Assembly: GCA_965199825.1 (NCBI GenBank)
Contig: OZ241329.1
Span: 1,536,001-1,600,000, forward strand
Length of the DNA: 64,000 bases
Source of the DNA: Bdellovibrionales bacterium
GTDB lineage: Bacteria; Bdellovibrionota; Bdellovibrionia; Bdellovibrionales; UBA1609
Direction: 5' to 3'
The stretch's first letter is position 1. The number at the start of each line of letters is the position of its first letter. Position numbers and translations under genes: made by a program. Below are positions 57,923 to 64,000 of this stretch, piece by piece. The notes beneath the pieces were generated by a model, which saw only the letters and a list, made by a program, of their open reading frames with translations, was not told where the DNA came from and made no database searches.

Positions 57923-60174
57923 TAGACGCGCTCAAGCCGCGCATACTTCACGATAAATTTCTTAGCCGTATTGTCAGCAAAAACAACGCTGACTTTTTGT
58001 GATTCTCCCTCACCCTCAACCTGATAAATTGAACCAATCCCAAACGTAGGATGACGAACTCTTTGGCCATTGGCAAAGGCGCCTGGCTGTTGATCAAAAT
58101 CTTCGTAGTCGGGCATCTGTGACACCATCTCATCAGCATCGCGACGCTTATTGCGAGTAGAGAGAGGTCGCTCTTCAAAAGCGCGTTGAGAATAACCCAT
58201 GCGATCAAGAATTTTGGGGCGACGGATTGCGCTTTCGGCGTGAATCAATTCAAGCGGAAGTTCTTTTAAAAATCGACTTGGTGGATTGGCTTGCTCTTGC
58301 CCCCAAACCTTTCGGGTGCGTGCATGAGTCAAAAACAAAAGTTTCCTTGCGCGAGTCATGCCCACATAGGCAAGCCTTCGTTCTTCTTCGACCTCATCGG
58401 GATCATTGTCGCGGCTTGAGGGAAATAACCCATCTTCAAGTCCGACGATAAACACAATCGGATATTCCAAACCCTTTGAAATATGAAGAGTCATCAAGGT
58501 GACATAAGGCGCATCGTTTTTGATTTCGTCAGCACCACTGACCAGAGACATCTCTTCTAAAAATGCCGGCAATGTCGCCTCTTCGCCGCGCTCAAGTTCA
58601 AATTGTTTGATCGCATTGTCTAATTCTTCAAGGTTATCGATACGGGCTAAAGATTCCGGAGTATTTTCTTCTTTGAGTCGAATCGCATATTCGGTGCGGT
58701 CCAAGATCAAATGATAAATTTCTGAAGGTTTAAGGCCTTGCATCTCACTTTTTAAAAGCAGCATAAAATTATGAAAAGCGATTAACTTTTTGGCTACACC
58801 CGAATGCACCAATCGATTTTCTGCGGTAAAAATAATAGATTCAAAAAATGATAATTTTTGTTTATAGGCGGTTTCATCAACCGTTTCGATCGTGGATTTA
58901 CCAATACCGCGAGTAGGCGTATTGATGATGCGCTTTAATGCCATCTCGTCTGTTGGATTCACCAACACCTTGAGATAAGAAACCATATCTTTGATTTCCA
59001 TACGGTCATAAAATCGAGTGCCGCCAACAATTTTATAATTGAGATTTCGGCCCCGAAGTTGATCTTCCAATACCCGCGACTGGGCATTGGTGCGATAAAA
59101 AATGGCGATGTCTTGCAGGTTCCATTCGCCAGAACTTAAGAGCGTATCAATGCGTGAGATCACATAGCGCGCTTCTTCGTATTCGTTCGATTCCTCGCGC
59201 ACCACAATCTTTTCGCCATCTTCATTTTGGGTAAAAAGGGTTTTATCTTTGCGCTGCGAATTGTTGCGAATAATGTGCGAGGCTGCGGTCACGATATTTT
59301 TTGTTGAGCGATAATTTTGTTCGAGCTTGACCACTTCGGCTTCGGGAAAATCTTTTTCAAAATCCAAAATATTTGAGATGTCTGCACCACGCCAAGAGTA
59401 GATCGACTGATCCTCATCGCCGACCACACACAGATTGCGATGTTTTTCGGCAAGCATTTTTACCAAGAGATATTGAATATGATTGGTATCTTGATACTCA
59501 TCCACCATCACATAGCGAAAGTGATCCTGATATTTTTCGAGTATGGCGGGATAGGATTGAAAGAGCTCATAAGTTTTGTAGAGCAAATCACCAAAATCAA
59601 GCGCGTTCGCTTTTTTCATTTCGGCTTCATACAGTTTATAAACCTCAACCCCTTTTTCGTTCATAAAAGTAAACGAACGTTTGGCCACATCGCTGGGTGA
59701 AAGGGCTAAGCGTTTGGCCTCGTTAATCTGTGATTGAAAGGCCTTGGGTGGAAACATTTTGTCGTTGATATTGAGTTGAAGCATCGCCTTTTTGACCATG
59801 CCCAATTGATCGCCATCATCGTAAATTCCAAAAAAAGGTTGGTATTCCAAAAGATGAATATCGGCTCTTAAAATGCGGGCACAGATCGAGTGGAAAGTAC
59901 TGATCCACAGTTTTTCGTAGATAGGAATTCCAAGACTGTTTAAGAGTTTAACAATCCGATGTTCCATTTCGCGAGCGGCTTTGTTGGTAAAGGTGACCGC
60001 TAAAATTTCTGAAGGAGCCGCATCGCCACTTGCGATCAATTGAGCCACTCGGTGGGTGAGCACTCTCGTCTTGCCTGAGCCTGCACCGGCTAAAATTAAC
60101 AGTGGTCCGTTTAGGATTTCGACAGCACGACATTGCTGAGGATTTAAACCTTTGGTAAATATCGACTCTTCCAT
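57922..60174 (-). CDS. uvrD: ATP-dependent DNA helicase UvrD/PcrA
   Basis: AGAGSGKT, TFTNKAA, VDEYQD, GDEDQSIY, NYRS, YRTN, SKGLE, EEERRLAYV, C-terminal RVRHPTFG Tudor-like domain. Confidence 0.96.
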   Translation of the reverse strand: MEESIFTKGLNPQQCRAVEILNGPLLILAGAGSGKTRVLTHRVAQLIASGDAAPSEILAVTFTNKAAREMEHRIVKLLNSLGIPIYEKLWISTFHSICARILRADIHLLEYQPFFGIYDDGDQLGMVKKAMLQLNINDKMFPPKAFQSQINEAKRLALSPSDVAKRSFTFMNEKGVEVYKLYEAEMKKANALDFGDLLYKTYELFQSYPAILEKYQDHFRYVMVDEYQDTNHIQYLLVKMLAEKHRNLCVVGDEDQSIYSWRGADISNILDFEKDFPEAEVVKLEQNYRSTKNIVTAASHIIRNNSQRKDKTLFTQNEDGEKIVVREESNEYEEARYVISRIDTLLSSGEWNLQDIAIFYRTNAQSRVLEDQLRGRNLNYKIVGGTRFYDRMEIKDMVSYLKVLVNPTDEMALKRIINTPTRGIGKSTIETVDETAYKQKLSFFESIIFTAENRLVHSGVAKKLIAFHNFMLLLKSEMQGLKPSEIYHLILDRTEYAIRLKEENTPESLARIDNLEELDNAIKQFELERGEEATLPAFLEEMSLVSGADEIKNDAPYVTLMTLHISKGLEYPIVFIVGLEDGLFPSSRDNDPDEVEEERRLAYVGMTRARKLLFLTHARTRKVWGQEQANPPSRFLKELPLELIHAESAIRRPKILDRMGYSQRAFEERPLSTRNKRRDADEMVSQMPDYEDFDQQPGAFANGQRVRHPTFGIGSIYQVEGEGESQKVSVVFADNTAKKFIVKYARLERV

Positions 60175-60246
60175 GATTTTTGCTTTCCTAAAAAGGCAGA
60201 AAAGTTCTGATATACCACCATAACGCCGAGCACTATCAAGGAATTT

Positions 60247-61449
60247 ATGATTAAGATTTGGCTGACTCTTGGTTTCTTTGCACTCATCGGTTGCACGTCA
60301 ATGAATGACTCCGCCGAAAAGAAATTTATGCTGCCCTTTATAGACAAAGACGGCACCGAAAGTATTCAAGAGGTCACTCTCGATACACTGGTGTCTCCGC
60401 GTTCGCTCGAAGGTTCGGTGGCCACGATTTATTTACGTGGCTCAATCGATAAAACAATCGAGGGCCGCACCGCTGTTCGAGTGACAAAGCAGGGTGACAC
60501 CTGGATTCCACTCGACACCACAAGCGCCCAAGGTCTTGCCCTTTATCACATCATGGAGAATATCTACCGGCGAGAAAAAAGTTGGGGCGTTGCCGACAAA
60601 GTCAGTTGGCCAAGAAAAATCGGAGTCGACTTTCGGGTGGCCAGTAATTTTTCAGAGCGTGCCGAGTACCTCAACAATTCGATTTATATTTCGAGTGCTG
60701 ACTCTGTGGCACATTATCATTCTGATGATGTGGAACATGCCACCACCGCAATCGACGAGTCGGTTGCAAGCCATGAACAATTTCATGGTTATTTCGAAAT
60801 CGAATTTATTAAAAAATGGAAACAGATTTTAGCCAAAGCTCTGCCAGATAAAAACTTTTCAGACAAAATCCTGCTCGATAATTTTTTGGCAAATTATAAT
60901 CTCGATGATTTGAGTTACGCCTTTGGATTGATGTTGTCATGGAACGAGGGCCTCGCCGATTTTTGGGCCTATGCGCATACCGGCTATACAGAATTTGGCA
61001 GTGTCTCTGCGCCTCAACCCCAAAGAGCTTTGAGCACCAATTCCTATGAGCGACTTTATTTTGGTGAAGACACACATATCCGCTTGAGTACATGCGGCGA
61101 AAAAAGCTGCGCCATTCGCCGCTCGCTAAAATATGAGGTTGGAACCAATCTCGGACGCTGGCTTTTTAAGATCGCAAAATTCTGGCCCGGTGGTCGCGAA
61201 GAATTGCCAAAATTCATCGTCAACAAATTGCCCTCGATGGCAAACGCATTTGCAAATAAATATTTATCTTTGTCGAAAGCTCACAGAATGGGCGACGTGG
61301 GCAATGAATGGTTTTTAGAAGAACTTTTTGCTGACGAGTCCGAACTCTCACCCCAAATTTGCGGGGTGATCAAGGAAGCCTTTTACTCTGCCAATGAACA
61401 GCGCGGATTCCAAATCCATTTTGAGGAGCTCTGTCATGCGAGTCGCTAA
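60247..61449 (+). CDS. Lipoprotein, putative gluzincin zinc metalloprotease
   Basis: Lipobox LIGC; HEQFH (HExxH) and downstream NEGLADF. Confidence 0.7.
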   Translation: MIKIWLTLGFFALIGCTSMNDSAEKKFMLPFIDKDGTESIQEVTLDTLVSPRSLEGSVATIYLRGSIDKTIEGRTAVRVTKQGDTWIPLDTTSAQGLALYHIMENIYRREKSWGVADKVSWPRKIGVDFRVASNFSERAEYLNNSIYISSADSVAHYHSDDVEHATTAIDESVASHEQFHGYFEIEFIKKWKQILAKALPDKNFSDKILLDNFLANYNLDDLSYAFGLMLSWNEGLADFWAYAHTGYTEFGSVSAPQPQRALSTNSYERLYFGEDTHIRLSTCGEKSCAIRRSLKYEVGTNLGRWLFKIAKFWPGGREELPKFIVNKLPSMANAFANKYLSLSKAHRMGDVGNEWFLEELFADESELSPQICGVIKEAFYSANEQRGFQIHFEELCHASR

Positions 61450-61978
61450 GATCATATTTATTTTATTTAGTCTGCCAAGTTTGGCGTCCGAAATCAGTTC
61501 TGTAAAATGGGGGCTCGGTTTTGGAACAGGCATCAGAGCCGAAAGCCAATACTCCGACCCACAACCACAGCTCAATCAAACTTATATATTATCGACCGAC
61601 CTCCGCTGGCAGCAATTTCAACTCTTAGCCGAGTGGTCGCGGTGGAACGAATCGTCGAGCGACGGCAATATGCATATGGAACATCAACAAACAAATTATC
61701 TATTGTTTGGCCGCGCCGAAGTTGTGCGCTCAGGATGGATCGCATTGTTCGCTGGCGCCGGCGGCGGATTACAGCAAGACAAAACAAGCATGCAGTTTGG
61801 TCGCGCCAACACCAAAGGCCAAAGCGAACTCGCAAAAATCTACGGCGGCGAACTCGGTCTGACATTTTATCTTTTGGATCGCTGCACCTTGCAGGTGGGC
61901 GGACGGCTGATGTCCCAACCCTACAACTCACGATGGACCCAATGGGCCTCCGTGCGATTGGCGTGGGATATTTTTTGA
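61436..61978 (+). CDS. Putative small outer-membrane beta-barrel protein
   Basis: Signal peptide, amphipathic strands, C-terminal RLAWDIF; ATG 61436. Confidence 0.6.
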   Translation: MRVAKIIFILFSLPSLASEISSVKWGLGFGTGIRAESQYSDPQPQLNQTYILSTDLRWQQFQLLAEWSRWNESSSDGNMHMEHQQTNYLLFGRAEVVRSGWIALFAGAGGGLQQDKTSMQFGRANTKGQSELAKIYGGELGLTFYLLDRCTLQVGGRLMSQPYNSRWTQWASVRLAWDIF

Positions 61979-62426
61979 TTGGGCGGGTTGTTGGGACGGG
62001 ATCGTGGGCTTGGGTTGTTGCGGGTCGGTGTTGAGGTGGGGCTGGGTTTGGGGTTGGGCTGGGGCTTGGGTGTGGGTCGAAGTGGGCTTTGCGTTGGGGT
62101 CGTAGGAGCGGGTTGGGATTTGGGTGTGGGTTTTATGTGGGATCGGTATGAGCGGGTTGGTTGGGCGTAGGGATGCAGGGCATGCGTTGGGTTGGCGTTT
62201 GCTTTAACGACGCGGGCTGAATGTGGGAGCGGGGTATGTGGTTGAGTTGCGCTTTGGCTTGCTTTGGGCGTCGCAATGCGGGCAGCAATGGGGTTCTGCT
62301 AATGGTCGGCGCGGGGGGTGGGTATGTGGTTTGGGTTAGTAGGACCGCGAGCTGCTGGTGCTCCCATCTAGGTTCTGTTTGCACTCACATTTTACTGTTT
62401 ATAGATTTAACTTTCTGATTTTAATC

Positions 62427-62984
62427 CTACGTCTTTAAATTCATTTTATTTATATATTTATTTTTAAATTTTAGCCAATACGCCCGTCGCCGTTCTTCAA
62501 ACATTTTGCGAAATTCAATGCTGATTGCCGACTCAAGTCTGTTGGCCATCAGATAATCAAAAATCCGAGCCTCATCTAATCCTTGCGAAACAATTCTTGT
62601 AAACACAACTCCATCCCAGAAGCGGCCAAACTTATTCCCTTTTTGAGCCTTAGTCACTATTCGTGCAATCAACCCAAGCGTCACTCTAAAAAACGTTTTT
62701 AAGAGATGAGGTTTATTAAAGCGAATGAGCAGGTGAAAATGATTTCCGACGTTTACGAATTCAGCAATTCGTATTCCATAACGATGAGCCTTTTCGTAAA
62801 TTAAATTTTCAAGCTGTTGACGATGACAAATGTTCTTAAAGCTTAATCGTCCTGTCGCAAGCTGGGACTTCATAACCACATGATGCAATCTCTTGTTGTG
62901 AATTGGCCGTGCGGTTTTTCGTTTCTTGGAATTTCCACCGTAAGATTTTGCATTGCTAAACTTAATTAATTCGAGTTGTTTCAT
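62427..62984 (-). mobile_element. HUH/Y1 tyrosine transposase (IS200/RAYT-like), copy 2
   Basis: HHVVMKS, NVGNHFHLL, FWDGVVFTRI, DYLMAN; colinear with 21903-22430. Confidence 0.85.
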
Positions 62985-62990
62985 GTGCGA

Positions 62991-63019
62991 ATTATATAAT
63001 TACTATTTAGTTGGTTCAA
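62991..63019 (-). promoter_or_regulatory. sigma70 promoter giving a leaderless transcript of transposase copy 2
   Basis: Minus strand TTGAAC-N17-TATAAT, 6 nt before ATG 62984. Confidence 0.7.
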
Positions 63020-63047
63020 TTGTTTTTTTGAACTCGTTGAGATTTTT

Positions 63048-63942
63048 CTGGGGCAATGTCATTCTCAGAAATTATAAGTTTTTGTGATTAAGTGTGAACT
63101 TCTGCTGATATTGAGTTGTTGCCCAAAATTAAAATTTTTAAGCAGAACTAAAAAAAATTTGTATTCACGGGCAATGTCATTTTGTGTCAGCATTCAAATT
63201 TAACTCAGTAAATTTCTCAAGATTAAATCGAAACCCACATTAGGGCACAGTTTGGGAGTAACAGCAAAAACTCCGGTGGTGTTCAGTTGTGGTTGATTTA
63301 ATTTCTGCCGGGATAAGTGTTTTCGTTGGGGCAATGTCATTTGATGCGCTTGTAGGAATTTGTTGTTCAGGCTCAAACTTTTCTGAGCGGAATTAAAATA
63401 ATATGCTGTTGAGGGGCAACGTCATTTTCTCTCAGCATTTCAATTTGTGTCACGGTTTTTAAATGCGATCGAGAGGGACTCTTAGCTAAACATCTTAAAA
63501 AGTTAGGTCACAGTTTCATGAAAAACTGTAAACTCCGGTGGTGTTCAGTTGTGATTAAATTAATTTCTGCCAGAGGTGAGTGTTTTGGTTAGGGCAATGT
63601 CATTCGCAGCGGCAACAATTTTCTATGATGAACTTTGCAAATTCGGTTGTGTTAGATTGTTGCACAAGCTTAGATTTTTTGAGCTGAACTCAGGTGATTT
63701 TTTGCGAGGGGCAATGTCATTTCTCACCAGCATTTTCTCCTGATTGAATCGAAACCCACCTCAGGACACAGTTCATGAAAAACTATAAACTCCGTGGTGT
63801 TCAGTTGTGAGATCAGGTGTCTTCATTAAGGCAATATCATTTCATTACAAGAATTTCGGAAGCCTATAAAAAAACCTTTATATCTTAAGTAAGCAGATTG
63901 GAATTCAAACTTTCTGTTAACTTAAAAATGGGCAGTGTCATT
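63048..63942. repeat. Array of 8 GGGCAATGTCATT motifs with alternating A/B spacers (higher-order period about 240-280 bp); may continue beyond the window
   Basis: Copies at 63051, 63169, 63329, 63414 (AAC variant), 63592, 63709, 63829 (2 mismatches) and 63930 (AGT variant). Confidence 0.9.
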
Positions 63943-64000
63943 TTTCACTGAATGCACCTGCATAAAAATATGCCAGGTGAATCAATCAACTGTGAAGTGA

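Noticed and set aside
61979..62418. Short Gly/Trp- or Pro/Gln-rich ORFs
   Set aside because: Products of low-complexity G/T-skewed DNA
63048..63942. CRISPR array or integron attC cassette array
   Set aside because: The repeat is only 13 nt; spacers are 72-165 nt and homologous to each other in alternation; no cas or intI gene and no cassette ORFs

Overview
Bacterial chromosomal window, most likely from a Bdellovibrionota (Bdellovibrionales-like) genome. This is inferred from the flgF-G-A-H-I-J...flgM-N-K-L-csrA-fliW cluster, the DUF507 pair with an orphan groES, the many lipoproteins and peptidoglycan enzymes, and Bdellovibrio-type Y1 transposase and HNH proteins. Core content: a partial dcw cluster (rsmH-ftsL-ftsI-murE-murF), flagellar rod/ring/hook-junction genes, ileS-lspA-lgt, PBP1B, dacB, two MltD-like transglycosylases, Ku, uvrD/pcrA, prmA-rsmE and metabolic genes. 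No rRNA, tRNA or CRISPR-cas was seen. The most unusual signals are non-coding. (1) Two paralogous HUH/Y1 (RAYT-like) genes each have the same 16-nt motif upstream, and at the second gene the motif expands into an array of at least 8 copies with an alternating A/B structure. (2) Three intergenic loci carry tandem arrays with 17-, 19- and 25-bp periods built on one GGGCACGA core; they share accessory motifs, and one lies directly upstream of an HNH nuclease flanked by duplicated secreted-protein genes. (3) A CTCCGG(T/C)GGTGTT motif links the two repeat families. (4) A structured multi-GGA-hairpin RNA candidate (CsrB/RsmZ-like or a CsrA-controlled leader) lies between flgI and flgJ. All annotations come from reading the sequence by eye; no database searches were run.
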